Below are positions 50,661 through 63,699 of a stretch of 64,000 nucleotides of DNA, piece after piece. This stretch comes from Camelus dromedarius (taxonomy: Eukaryota): positions 13,270,001-13,334,000 of the forward strand of contig NC_087437.1 of NCBI RefSeq assembly GCF_036321535.1, read 5' to 3'. The notes below the pieces were generated by a model. The model saw nothing but the letters and a program-made list of their open reading frames with translations, did not search any database and had not been told where the DNA came from. Within the stretch, counting starts at the first letter, position 1. Every line of letters begins with the position of its first letter. A program made the position numbers and the translations under genes.

Positions 50661-53600
50661 ACCTTGCAGGCCTGCAAGCCCCGTACTTGCCCAGATTCAG
50701 GACCGAAGAAAGAGCCCAGAGTCAGTGACAGAGACCGTCCGTGGTTTAATGGATGGGAGATCTTACATGTCTGAAGCAAGGTCCTTGAGTGACACCCCGC
50801 TGTCCTGTGCTGCAGATGGCAGGCAGGAAGTGGTGGCAGTCTTCACTGGGGGGGTGGGGGTGGGGTAGATGGAGGTTTACCAGTTATAGTGGGGACTGAT
50901 GTCAGGTTGGCTCATTGGCTACCAGGGAAACCAACAGAAGGGCACGTCCCTGACCGCCCCTTTGATAAGCTATCGTGGTGGCTAAAGTTAGACCATTAGC
51001 TGGGGTGGGGGCCGGGGCGAGTCTGTAGGAAGGTCAGGCACGTGAGTCGGGTGTAGGTGAAGCACGCACTGGAGCAGCGGATGTACAGAGAGCAAGACAA
51101 CAGCCGCCTTGGGTGGCCTGACCATACAGCTGTGTAATCCTCCACAGGGGGAAGCAGTGACTACGTTGAATAATAGCAGAATCCATCATACCAAGATATT
51201 GATAACAGCAGATTATTATTGGTTTATTTTTTTCCTGAACAAATGAGATTGCAGAAACATTATGTTTTATAGAAATTGTTAGCATATGGTTTTCATGTGA
51301 TATTGTTTCAGAAGCTCTTTCAAAAGAATCACTGAGATGGGTTTCTTCCTTGAAAGAAGGTGCTGACAGTCACAGCAAAACAAGTCTATTAAACTAGGAC
51401 CCTGGTAGATAGTAACAAATTGCTAGATCGCTACTAAAGGTTATCTTTTTGTTGACGTTAGTAGAAAATAGAAAATATATGTTAACCTAATTCACTAATA
51501 TGGTTTGCATTGACAACCACTTCCTGTAACTGAGTTGCCTTGAAGGGACAGGTCTGCAACCAGGGTGGGCCAGTTAGCGTAAACAAGTTGGTTTCATTTT
51601 TAAGTTGCCTTTGTGCAATTCTGGTTTCTATGATTTCCACCTCAGTTGTGAATGAAGCACTGAAGTCCGGAGGAAATATTCTACATGTCGGTAGCTTCAG
51701 AAGGGGTGCGGACTTCTAAAGGGGGTCACATGCAGTTGATCTGAACTTCGTGAGGCATACTGTGCTCTGTTTTTAAATACATGTAGTGGCCATTATTTTG
51801 GTATTTATCTACATATGATATTTCTCTCCCACAGGTTTGAAATAAAAAAATGCTGACTGGCTTCAGAAAATATCTTCAAAGGATTAGATGAAAATGCTGC
51901 ATGTACCCTGGAAATATGGGAGATCATTAGTAAATTTCATTCCTTGCAAGAGCAATTTACATCCTTTTTCATTGTTGCCTTTGGACCAAAAGTCACAATG
52001 CATGGAAAGGAAACGGCCTTGCTTAATTGCGGATGTCTGTGCCTGTCCCTTCACTTCCCTGCCTGTGTTGCTTTCAAAAAGGGGAAAAGCCGTTCTGCCA
52101 GCCAGAGAACTGATTACGGCTCTGAAGTTGGTTGGCAGCTTAGTTTACAGATTCACATTTTGTGGATGCATATATTTATGGTTTAGAATCCCAAGTACTC
52201 CCTTTCTAATAGAATGTGAGGGAGAGATGATACAGTGGCACAGCCCAGCCCGTCATCCCCATGGCAACAGTATCACAATGAAAAGTTACTGCTGTGAAAA
52301 GGCAAATGCTTTTCTCCTTGATGGAAGATACTGCCTTTGAAATCTGCAAACTGGGAAGGGGCTCAGAAGAGCTATCTCTCTTTCCATTTCTTTTTCACTC
52401 TCTCAGTAGCTTTCTTTTCTCTCGTCTTCTCACCTGTTTACCAACTTCTTTCTCCTCTCTTCTAAGTGGCCACAAATAGTCAAGGAAAATGGGCATCCTT
52501 TGTTTTCCCCCTAAGTATTCTCATCGTCCCTAAGTTTAATAGCCAGGAATACAATTGTAATGATGCAATTTTCAAAGAGCAAGGATGCCATCTCAGAACC
52601 ATGCAGACATCCTACGTGTTTGGGGTTTTTCCTTTCTCCACAGTGCTCTGCTCCTTTGAATATTATGTTCTCACTAAATACACAGAAATGTTTGCCTAAC
52701 GATCATTCTGCACATCTGTCATTTGTCCAGGTGAATTATTCTGAGCCCTATTATAAATTAAAGGCGAGAAGTTCCCCTAAACTTGACCTAACTTTATTAA
52801 GTACTTCATAGCTATTTCTCTTCTGTGTGTTTGGTTATTTCCCTCCTTTCAATAAGTTTGGCATTCAAAGTGCCCCCTAATTTCAGATGGTGTTTTATAT
52901 CTGTTACCTGTATATCTGTATACCTCCTCCATACTGGAGAAGCAGAGAGAAACTTTTTGCTATATAAATCGTGCTTTATAAATGCAATTATATATATGAC
53001 TCTCTGTCTATATGGGCACTTATGTCAGTATTTGCTGGTGATAACTAACAAAAACCTGCTCTTTTCTCTTTTCTCCCCAAGCAGTTACTTCCAATTGATT
53101 AGAACTGACCTATAACAACAACAGCAAAAAAAACCTATGTACTATTCATAAATAAAGCAATCTATTAACTTAAAAAGGCAATAGATAAAATAAAATCCTT
53201 GCCAAAAACTGAACCCAGTTAACACAAGTTCAACTGCATGTAGAAAGTCAAGCTTTTGTTACCAGACGCAAATGCAGGAGAACCATGGACTCAGCAATGA
53301 ATGGGAGCAGCTCCCACTTGGAGCAGACGGTAAGGCCGTCAAGGGATGGGCACAGGACTTGCTTATCCTCAGACCCCAGGCTCCTCCTCCACTAATGGAA
53401 TCGTTGGCCTGAATCAATGCTTGTTGCATTGGATCAAAGTTCCAGGGCAGCAGACAAAGAGAACACAGCACGTGGACTAAGCAGTCGTTTAGGAAAGCAG
53501 GTGAACGCCGAGATGGACACACATCAAGTGGCCATTCTGCTTAAAGCCATTTCCCTGGCTGCAACATTTGTGCTCTTTCTTCTTTTTCTCCAACTCCTTC

Positions 53601-54128
53601 TTTGCTGCAACCGATTCAGGTCAACCTTAGAGTTTTAGCCTATAACCACGGGGAAATGGACAAGGGAAAGTCATAATCTAAGCGAGGCCAGTCAGAACTC
53701 TTCAGTGGGGCTTTTCCAACCAGAGTATATCAACAGAAGCCCTCTTTCCCCTTTGATCACTGAGCTGTGAGGACAGGAAGTCTGAATCTTCCAGTGGACA
53801 CAGCCCTTACTAAGGAGAGGAAAATAGCATGAGACAATGAGCTTCTAGAAATAGCTGAGGGGCAAAGAGAGCCACGAGGGCATTTGAAAATCTGGTTCTC
53901 ATTTTTCTGAGCCCAGAATATCCCTGCCTTTTGCGTGATTTGACTCTGCTGGCTGAAACCTCTTTTTTCTGTTAGTTTGGGTTGGGTTTCTATTTCTTGC
54001 GTCTAGAGGAATCCTGAGGTGTTTTCCAGCTTTTATCTCATCTCTTCCTTTCCAAGGAAAGGAGGGATTTTTGTCCTTAGTTAGTCTTGATCAGAAGTGT
54101 CACGGTGCCATTATATGGTGGGTACTTC

Positions 54129-54777
54129 TGAGACAGGAGGGAAGGGGACCAGACACAACCATTAAAGGAATGACACAGCCATTGAGGATGTGACAAAAAC
54201 TGGTTAGAACCAACTAGGCCCAAGATGGCAGAAAGTTTGTCTTGAGACTCATTATACACTCCCTGTATACATTAGCTGCTAAATGACACACAGGTACTAT
54301 GACAGTTCTGAAGCTGACTGTAATAGACCAAGAAGTGGGCAGTGGCCCAGTTCCTAGAAATCCCTGTCCCTTCCCCAAAAGAGTTGGTTGTTGGTTCTAA
54401 CCAGTTTGTCCTGTCCTGAACTGCTGTGTCATCCCTTCAGTGGTTGTGCCCTGCCCCCTTTCCTCCTGTCTCCAAAACCTGTTGCATCTTTAATTTACTC
54501 CTCCAAGCCCAAACACTGTTTAGATTCTTCTCTAACTGAGCACCTAAAACTTGTTTCTTTGTCCTGTTAATTTCTCACAAAGTTATTGTTTCTTTGTCTA
54601 AAAAGTGTAAAAGCTGCCTGCCATAGCCACTACTTAGGTCTCATCTCTATGAGACTTCCCAGGCACTAATTAAAATATACTTCTTTTTCTCTTGTTAATC
54701 TGTCTTGCATCAATTTTATTATTAATCCAGCCATAAGAATTCAAGGTTGTAGAGGAGGAAGTTTTTCCTCCCCAACA
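54129..54777. mobile_element. Composite ERV1 LTR remnant: MER41-like 5' part (+), inverted copy of its first ~85 bp (-), and 3' half of a second LTR type (+)
   Basis: Begins tgagacaggagggaagggg...cccaagatggc; 54390-54472 is reverse-complementary to 54130-54214; ends cttgttaatctgtct...gtttttcctccccaaca. Confidence 0.75.
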
Positions 54778-54948
54778 AAAATTTTTCTTTATAAAAGAGC
54801 TAGCAAGCAGAGAAACGGTGGTTAAAGTCCAGCTCTGTCTAACCTCAAAGCATTAAACTGTGTCCTAAAAATAAAACAACAACAACAACAACAAAAACCA
54901 GTAGTTCAGTAGACCCTCCAAACCAGTGTTAAAAAAGCGAAGCACAGT

Positions 54949-55085
54949 GGGGAAGGGTGTAGCTCAGTGGTAGAGCACATGCTTAGCATGCACGAGGTCC
55001 TGGGTTCAATCCCCAGTGCCTCCATCAAAAATAAATAAATAAACAAACAAAGAAACAAACCCAATTACCTCTCCCCCCAAAATTT
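54949..55085 (+). mobile_element. Camelid tRNA-derived SINE (vic-1 type)
   Basis: GGGGAAGGGTGTAGCTCAGTGGTAGAGCACATGCTTAGCATGCACGAGGTCCTGGGTTCAATCCCCAG plus tail. TSD aaaaaagcgaagcaca 54931-54946 / aaaaaagcaaaacaca 55086-55101. Confidence 0.92.
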
Positions 55086-55649
55086 AAAAAAGCAAAACAC
55101 AAATGAAGAATTCAGGGACAGATAAGAGTAAAGTTTTGAAGTGGAGAATAGTTGAGACAGCCTAGAATAATTCCAGCACAGTGTTTGTAGTAGTTTTTTT
55201 GGTTTTTTTTCCAAATGTTTCTGCAACTGGGACAGGGACGGGGGCTTAGGGATGCAGTCTGGGGGTTAACAGAATGGAGCCCACTGGTGAGAAGCTGCAG
55301 TCCCTTCTGGAGGGGAGAAGGAGCACCAGCTGGGACAGGCAGGTGTGTGGACATCTCCTCCTATGAGTTCTGGACCTTCTCCATCCTCCTATGGGCATCG
55401 TCACCATCAATCTTTGCTTTAAAAACCAAATTGTTTGTTAACTATGAAAGGCATATATCCATCCTCAAATCCCGCCACATCCTCCTTAACAAAAACCATA
55501 AAGAAAAAAAAAGTGTAGAGGGTTTCTTTCACCATAATTTTTTTTTTATTTTTATGAATAAAACTCCATGAGATGATAAAAGAAATTATGAAACTAGAAA
55601 TCATTCTTTAATTCTTAGAGGAAAGACATTTCACACAGTAACAATAAAA

Positions 55650-55800
55650 TGATAAATACTATTTATTCAGTACTCACCACATGAGAGACAATGTGCTAGG
55701 TGCTTCCCACCACGCCATCATGCATTTATTTCTTTGTGGAAGCCAGTGAAGTAGCAACTAGCCCTATTTTACAAGCAAAGAAACTAAAGTTTAGTGTTGG
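55650..55800 (-). mobile_element. MIR fragment
   Basis: atttattcagtactcaccacatg...ccctattttacaagcaaagaaactaaag. Confidence 0.6.
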
Positions 55801-55939
55801 GGCAAAATATTCTGATCCCAATAGCCACTGTCCTGTTAGCAGTTACATTATATTCCTGTTAGCAAAACGTATATTTCCTTTAGTCTTGGAAGTGATCCTT
55901 CATATATTTAGCAATGGCACTCATTCAGGAGGCTCACAG

Positions 55940-56569
55940 TGTTACTGAAATAGGCTCATTTGCCCAGCACACAGCAATCCAAAACACTGAGGTGCCGAGG
56001 TTTGCCACAGAGAAAGGGATTACTCACAGGGCAGCCAAGCAAGGAGACAGGAGAGCAGATCTCAGATCTGCCTCCCCAAAGGTAAGGGGCTTGAGACATT
56101 TATGGGATAAAGAAGCAGGTTGGTCTTAGATGTGGGGAAAGGTGATTGGAGGTAGGGAAATGCAAGATAATCAGTGTTTTGTGCGGGAATATCTGAAGAA
56201 GGTTACAGGCTTCTTCATGGGATGCATGTTCAAAAATAGAGGTGCTTAGAATAATCTGAAGGTGGGGTTTCTGGCCCTGTGAAGTCATTGGACATCTATG
56301 CAGGCCCAGTTTTAGAATCTGTGGTCCCAGTAGGTCTTAGCCAGCTTGAACTGGGAGGGAGCCAATGCCAAGTTCCTAGAGAACAACTCAAGCCTCCTGT
56401 TACTATAGTGACCTACACGTCAGAGGCATTGTCTATAAGGGTGGTTCCATCATCTTCTGATGTATTTCCTAACTACATGAAGCTTGGAGGGTATGCAAAG
56501 AAAGAGAGAAAGAGAAAGAAAGAAAAGAGAGAAAGAAAGAAAAAGAGAGAGAGAGAGAGAGAAAGAGAG

Positions 56570-56654
<85 letters not shown>

Positions 56655-56881
56655 AAGAGAGAAAGAGAGAAAGAGAGAAAGAGAGAAAGAGAGAAAGAAA
56701 GAAACCAAAAAAGAAACCAAAAAAGAAACCAAAAAAGAAACCAAAGTGAACTTAATCAGTAAAGGCAAGTTACAAGCAGAGGGGTTTTTAACAAGCTGTT
56801 CCTTTATCTGATGTTCTGTAAGACAAGCTCAAGGATTCTGTTAGTCACCAGCTTCTGTTAGCCATAGAGGGCACAGTTTTA
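55940..56881 (-). mobile_element. ERV1 solo LTR carrying an expanded purine microsatellite
   Basis: tgttactgaa...gaggtttgccacagagaaaggg...gggcagccaagcaaggagacagg...ggcacagtttta; 4-bp flanks acag/atag. Confidence 0.75.
56497..56746. repeat. Compound (GA)n/(GAAA)18/(GAAACCAAAAAA)~4 repeat
   Basis: Perfect GAAA run at 56571-56642; 12-mer units at 56701-56746. Confidence 0.95.
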
Positions 56882-56956
56882 ATAGGGTAGAAATATAAGT
56901 TACTGGCTATTAAAACACAGCCTGGATACTTGCTTGTTCCCTACTGTATGTCTGTA

Positions 56957-57133
56957 GCAGTGCTTTGCAACCTTCATGTACATGGAAGTCACCTAGTTTT
57001 TTTTTGTTTTGTTTTGTTTTGTTTTTCTTAAAGGCGGGTTCTGATTCAGCAGATCTGGGACGAAGCCTGAGAGTCTGCTTTCCTAACAAACTTCCCAGTG
57101 GCTGGTTTGTGAGCCACGCTTTGAGTAGCAAGG
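56957..57133. mobile_element. MER5-type hAT element with an internal T-rich tract
   Basis: ttctgattcagcagatctgggacgaagcctgagagtctgctttcctaacaaacttcccag...ccacgctttgagtagca. Confidence 0.75.
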
Positions 57134-57986
57134 GTCTAACGCTTTGCTTCTGAGATTCAGACTTGCAGTGTTGAGTGAATTCTGGATGTCGCTGAGGGCA
57201 TCCCTGCCGTAGGTTGTTGGGTGGGTCCCGAGGTGTTGCACCACAAAACTCATGAAGATGTGGGTGTTGGGGCTGAGAGGACAGTACTTTCTGAGGGTAC
57301 ACACAGCTCAGGAAGGAGGAGATTTGACTCTGCCTCCTCTCCAGTGGCAGCTACAAGCTTAAACTACTGAGCTACTACAAGCTCACATTAGAATGTTTAC
57401 ATTAGTAACAGTACCTGGCCCTAGGTTAAGTTATTTTCTACTGGATTTATCATTAAGTGCTATCTTAAGATTAAGAGTTTATAGCTGCATGGTTGATGTT
57501 GGTGAACAAGAGTTCTGATTATTATTTCCATCTTTTCCTGTTGGCCAAATGGAGACCAGGTGCTTTACATTCACGTGAGTGAGTAGCAGCATAGTTCTGT
57601 TTGGTGACTCCTCAGAGAAGAGTGACCACAGGCTTGCCTCACACAACAGATGGTTTTGTAAATTATCTTTACCCTGAATGTGTGTGAGGTAAGTATAATT
57701 TTCCCGATGACTTACACCATGATTTCTGATTGAGCTGATTTTTTTTTTTATTGCTGTGTGATGAGTAGACGATGAGCTTTAGCTTACTGCTTTCTTTTTG
57801 TGTAATTAATTCTGTAACCTTGAGCAGATGGTCACTGTCCTTGAGAAAGAACATACTCAAGAGGATTGGCAAAAGAGCATTGCGCACACACAACCATACA
57901 CAGCACACTGAGCTCTAGGAGAGTTTCTGTATCCACAAAATGACAAGAGTTCCTTCCACCCTTATGAATTTGTAATAAAATTCTAG

Positions 57987-58130
57987 AGCAAACTTTTTAA
58001 ATGTTAAAGAGTGTCATTCACTTGGAGGTCTTATTGTAATGCAGATCCTGATCTGATAGGTCTGGGTTAAGGCCCAAGATGCTGCATTTAACAAGCTGCC
58101 AAGTGATGACAGTAATGGTGCATGAATCAA
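57987..58130. mobile_element. MER5B-like fragment
   Basis: aatgcagatcctga...taggtctggg...ggcccaagatgctgcatttaacaagctgccaagtgatg. Confidence 0.65.
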
Positions 58131-58354
58131 AGCTCCACTAAATAATTTTGATGCTCCCTCTGCCATCAAGAAATTAATGTTTTCTTTATATAAACAGGGA
58201 AATATACAATTAGGAAAGTTTTTGTTTAAAGAAACTCTGATAAATCATTTTAAAAATCTAACTATGAAGTGTTTATCCACCTTTAATATATATCAACTTT
58301 ACCACTACACACTTATTAATTAGAATGACTAAAGTTTTTTTTTTCCAAAAATTA

Positions 58355-58565
58355 AAACCTGAAATTGTACAAGATGGCCTGGAGAATCTTGTAGCGCCAG
58401 AAATTAATGAAGTACTCAAACAACAACAGTAAGAACGAAACACCTACAATTATGGAAGTAAATCAACGGGCAGAGGAGCCAACTGCAAAAGCTTCCTGCT
58501 GCCAAATCCGGAACAATTTGAGCAAAAAGTGAAGTTGTATTTCATTACCATCTAGAGCATGAAAC
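58355..58565 (+). mobile_element. L1MC/MD-type 3'UTR fragment
   Basis: agatggcctggagaatcttgtagcgccagaaa...ggagccaactgcaaaagcttcc...ggaacaatttgagcaa. Confidence 0.65.
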
Positions 58566-61084
58566 AATCCCATTAAACTTACTAAAATCAAGTAAGGTAA
58601 TTGTTGGGCTGATTTTGATACACAATTTGCCTTCGTGTAGAACTCTTATCTCTTTCTGTTAAGTAATTAGTTGTCTCCTAGAGAATGATGCCCTTTGAAC
58701 ATCACACTTTGCTAATCTATTAGGCAGCCAATCACTCCACAAGCTGGCTAAGCCAAAGGTACTGAACGTCTTGGTTATGAGGGATAATTATGTGACAGTA
58801 TCCAATTCAATGGCTCCTTGCTGGTAAATGTTAAGTTATCAACCTTGGGCAGGTGTCCTCGCAAAAGGGCAGGCTACGATATTATGGTGCATCCTTTGTA
58901 AGAAAGGTAAAGGGATCACGTAAAACTGATATACATGCTTATCCCTGATCTCCCTGTGAGCCTTGCTGCTTTTGTCTGGAAATGTTAACGCCTACAGAAG
59001 TGTTAACACTTACATAAACTTCAACCAAAGAAATGAAACTCTTTGAAGGACCCACCCTTCTTTATTATTGCGATATGCTGAGATCTACTTTATGAAATAG
59101 CTCAAGGAAGCAGAAGTAGCGAATCAGATATTTTGCCACTCCTGAGACTTCCTCCCTTCCTTTCTTTCACAACCCGTGATTCTCAAGCCAATTGACAGGA
59201 TTTGATTGGTCTCAACTTTAAAAGAAGCTCAAGGTAGGTCAGGTGAACAGCCTCACTGGTCCAATTTCCTTCCATTGCATGCAGGACACATCCTTCCTAT
59301 TTGGAAAGTGTGTTGCTGATGTCTTGTCGCTAATGATCCTGGCCTGCTGTGAGTAACTGGGGACAACAGTGGTTTTCAAGCAAGGTTGTAACTGTTAAAC
59401 TGGAGATCCTTGTTGTGCACAGCACTTACCTAATACTCACAATGCCCCCTGGAGAATGAAGCTAAAGCCTACCTGTGCCATCTGGTGTATACAATTTTTA
59501 AAAGAAAAAAATAAATAAAAACTCTAGTATGAAGCTGTAATCCAACTATAGTAAAACCCAAGGAAGGAAGAAATAAGAGTGATAATTTAATCAGAACAAA
59601 TATATAATAATTGCCTTTGTATCCAAAACTCTGCTAGTGAAAAGCATGTGAGGCTCTAGAAAAATATGGTCTCTGACCTCAGTGAATTCACAGTCTGGTG
59701 GGAAAAACCGATGCCATAAAGGCAAATTGATCCCTAACACAGTGAGAGAAGGGGCTCAATTGTGTTTGGGTGGAAAGGACTGAGCTAACAAGGAAGGACT
59801 GATTCTTTATAGGGCAGAGGAAGCATTACCAAGGGCTTATCAATAAATTGGGCCCAAATTTTGGGGAACAAAACTTTCCCCAAATAAAGGGCCAGGGAAA
59901 GGCTGTTGAGGTAGTGTGCTCTGCTCTTCCCTAAAATTCTGCTTGGGCACCTTGTATTTCCCTCCTTCTACTTATATCATCTTTCTCAGACCAGTGTGAA
60001 CTTTAGACAACAGGTAGCCAGATTTGAAAAATGAGACTAGAGGCCACAGACAAACAATTTCACTCTCAAGTTGGTCGATACCCTCAAAATAGAAAAAAGT
60101 ACTGGAGAATATGCTGCAAACCTGCTATTTGTCGGGACTTGGCCCATCCTGGTGAGGTTAACTGCATCATGATGGGGTGCACCAGGAAGGGGCTCGGGTC
60201 TAGACCCATCCTCTGGCATATGGCAGGTACTAGGGAGAAGAGTCAGCCTAGAACATAGAAGGCAGCCGCATCCAGTGGCAGAATGGACCAGCAGAAGAAA
60301 CAGGAGCACACAGCAGGTGATGGTTCAAGCAGTGTTAGGGAGTCCAGCATGCAGTATTTGAATGTCCCGAAAGGGAAGTCAGAATCCCAGATACTCACTC
60401 AGTATCAGGGTCTGAACAGTTGATCAAATCGAAGGATGAATCTGATCCTTGGTGAACAGAGTATAGAAAGAATCAAAAGTACAGAATAGTAATGATTGCA
60501 ATTCTCAGTATGAAGTGGGGAAACTCTGGAGGAACCATAAGAACAGAAGAATGTCCAGGGTAAATGTTGAATATCACAAAGTAGACAATTCGGACCTAGA
60601 TCAATTTCCAGGTAGAAAAGGCATGAGCTAATTTACAGAGATAATCTGAGCACTTGATGGGAATCAGTGGCAGAAGCTGGATATGTCCCAGCTGATAGAG
60701 ACTCAAAGACGTCTGGCAACCTTACCTTGTGTAACCGTTTGCAATCAACTCTGTTTCTGAGAGAGAGCCAGATGTGCTGTAGGGACAACAAAGGCTGGTA
60801 ATGGTGCAAGGACAGGCAATTTGTCTCTAAATCTGACATTTATTTATTTAGAAATTATTTATTTGTATGTATATGTGTATTCATTCAGAAAAAGATATTA
60901 TTTTAATCCACTTAAGCTGACTTTTCTTTAGTTCCTTGTTTGTGTTATGTGCTAAATCATGTGATTACATTAACTCCCCTGGCCTAACATTCTTCTGAGT
61001 GAGCGTGCCTTGCTCCAGACTGTACTTCAGGAATGACCTGGACTGACATGGGGCTGAAGTCCTCTTGGATCTTTCAATGCAGCC

Positions 61085-61206
61085 TGCTGAATGAGGCTAA
61101 GTAAATGACCCCAATCAACCCCACATGGAGCAGAAGAGTCACCCAGCTGAACCCAGCCTGAAATCCTGGCCCACAGAGCCATGAAAAAGAATAAAATGCT
61201 ATTTGC
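61085..61206 (+). mobile_element. MaLR (MLT1) LTR fragment
   Basis: ccacatggagcagaagagtcacccagctgaacccagcctgaaatcctggcccacaga. Confidence 0.65.
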
Positions 61207-61261
61207 TCTGCAGTCCTCACCTCACCCATTACTCTTAGAATAGAGATTTGATTAGAGGGAA

Positions 61262-62330
61262 GAGAAACCATGTGTAACGCTGGGGAAAGCATTCTAGGAA
61301 GGGTGGGTGCACATCTGTGCAGGTAGAGGAGGTTTGAAGGTTCACAGACCCAGAAGCAGGCCAGTGAGACTGGAGCACAATGCCTAAGAGGAAGGTGTAG
61401 ACAAAGGGGAGGAGGAGGGGCCCCCCAGAGACCTTGTAGACGATTATGAGCAGTTTGGGGCTTATTCTATGAATAGGAAGTCATAGGGGTGTGTGTTAAA
61501 GATGATCTGATTTATTTTTGAAAGATCCTGTGGCTGCCGTATGGAGAAGGAACAGTGGTGGGGCAGGAACAGATGCTGACGGAGCACTTAGGAGCGGACC
61601 AGGTAAGACAAGATGGTGAGTTGAATTAAGAAACTGGCTCCAGACTTGGAGAGAAGTGAACAAATTAGAGATTGATTTTTGAAGGTAAAGTGGAAAGAAC
61701 TTAGTGACTGTTTAGAAGAGACAGTGAAAGAACAGGGAATCAAGAATGACTCCTGGACGTGGGGCTTGTGTTACCAGGTCGTGCAATTTAACAACGGAGC
61801 AGACTAGTCCTGGTAGGAGGGACACTGGGGTGAGGGATGTAGGGAGCTTTTCAAGAGCCCTGTTATTTGAAATAACTATTACAAAACCTGGACAGATCTG
61901 GGCTGGATTCGTGGGACTGGATAAGATCTCACAGGGGACTATGTTGATGGAGAAGAAGGCGATACTAGGCCAAGCCCTGGGACAGGTTGACCTAAAACGG
62001 CTGGCTTGACAAAGACCAGCATAGGTCAGTGGGGATGGATCGTTTTTGAGGGAGAGGAAAATGAGGAGGCTAAACCTTTTAAGAAAGGAGGAGGAGTGAA
62101 CTGTATCAGGCGCTGCTGAGAATCAGACAAGGTAAAGGCCCTTACTGGACAAAATGGAGGATGATGATGGTTTTGACAAGAACAGCTTCCTTAGTGCGAT
62201 GGGGCTGAAGCCAGATTTCACCTGATTGAAGCAGCAAATCTGGACAAGTCAAGAGATTTTGGTATAACAGGAGAGAAAGAGGCGATGGGTGCAGAGAAAG
62301 GTGGAGTAAAGGGAGGGTGCTGTGGTTGTT
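61262..62330 (-). mobile_element. L2 element
   Basis: ggggaaagcattctaggaag...gatgatctgatttatttttgaaagatcctgtggctg...ggaatcaagaatgactcc...gggctgaagccagat. Confidence 0.8.
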
Positions 62331-62607
62331 CATTGTTTTATATGTTTATTTATTAATCAAAGTCATACACGTTTTTATTTTGAAAATTTTTATAGTATTA
62401 ATAAATTTATATTAAAAAAAAAACAGTAGTTTCCTGGCCCTACCCAAGAGGGTCACCACTTTTAAACCTTTTAACTCTTTCTTCTTGTCATTGCCTTTAT
62501 ATTTCTATATAATGAGTTATATTCCTATTTCTCAGTTTATTGAGATATTTTCTCTTGACTTACTTCTGTACGAGATTTTTCGTTTTCATTCATGACCTAT
62601 ACTATAG

Positions 62608-62823
62608 CAGAGGTTGACAAACTCTCACTGTGAAGGGCCAGATGTTTTAGGCTTATGGGAGCCGTTTGGTCTTGGGAGCAACTATTCGATGCAGCTGTGA
62701 GCATGAAAGCAACTTTAGGTAATACATAAATGAATGAGCCTGGCTGAGTTTCAGTAAAACTTTGTTTCCCAAAACAGGCTATGGGCCACACTCAGCTCAC
62801 AGGCTGCAGTTTGCCAGGCCCTC
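62608..62823 (+). mobile_element. MER58A
   Basis: cagaggttgacaaact...aagggccagat...cagtaaaactttgttt...gcagtttgccaggccct. Confidence 0.8.
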
Positions 62824-63699
62824 TTCAGGGCATGACTGTGCACTTACGGGACCAGCTAGGAGAGACGAGTGATGGGTGACTCAGATCCTAAATACCGGGT
62901 TTGAAATAGAAAACCGCAACCCAGCACTGCGGCGGGAGAGTGGAAGCTCCCTGGTTTCCTCAGAGTCTGCACAGTGTCACTGTAGGCATGCCTGCCCCCC
63001 TGGGCGTGGCTGTCACTAACATGCTATATTTCCAGTAGGCAATGCAGCAAGCGAGCTCCACTGTGTATCCGGCTGTATCTGCTGACCCTGCCCTCCACTC
63101 ACCCAGAGCTCAGAACTCAGAGACAGTCAACATAGTCTATTAATGTCTATAAAACCAAAAAAGACACAGGAAGTCTCTAAGTTCCCTCAGGAAAGTTTGG
63201 TTAAATGGCAGTTATACCCCAGGTTCCCCACGCTGCTGCCTGGGAGCTGTGGCGCCTTCCTGGAAATGGCTCTCTGGCTTTCTTTGCCTCTTGGCAGCCA
63301 GAGTCAGGATGGTAGGGCGCCCATGCTGTCTCTGCCGCGCCACGGCAAAAGCAACAAGAAAGGCCACCAGGAGTACCGCGTTTGGAGAAAGCACGGATAA
63401 CTTAAGTGTCTGTTTTTAAGGCTGTTTGCAGCTTATCCATTCTGTCAAGGCCAATACCCTGTATCAGCTGGTCATGTGGTTCCAGCAGCCTGAGTGGAGT
63501 CCTGTTGAGAGACAGCCACATGTTCTGCCCTTGCAGAGCACATGGAAGCCAGAGAGGGCAGACAACCGTGGTCAGATACTCATCTGAGAGGACCTGGAGA
63601 TGCTCAGAGCACGGACGTAGTCCTCCTTGGGGCATTTAGCAAAAGTGAAAAAAAAAAAAAAAAAAAGACAAAAGACACAAAACCTTCCATTTGTTAACC

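Noticed and set aside
51888..52340. 150-aa plus-strand ORF downstream of an acceptor-like site
   Set aside because: No recognisable domain and no exon chain; an ORF of this length can occur by chance in 64 kb.
54949..55024. tRNA-like sequence with A and B boxes (also at 3630-3703 and 39850-39927)
   Set aside because: Each is followed by a SINE body and A-rich tail, two have clear TSDs, and there are three diverged copies. These are SINE heads, not tRNA genes.
56279..56768. 156-aa, 99-aa and 92-aa K/R/E- or F/L/S-rich ORFs
   Set aside because: Translation of the GAAA microsatellite inside an LTR.
62870..63400. Slightly GC/CpG-richer stretch as a CpG-island promoter (similarly 50940-51110)
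   Set aside because: CpG density looks modest by eye and there is no associated exon structure.
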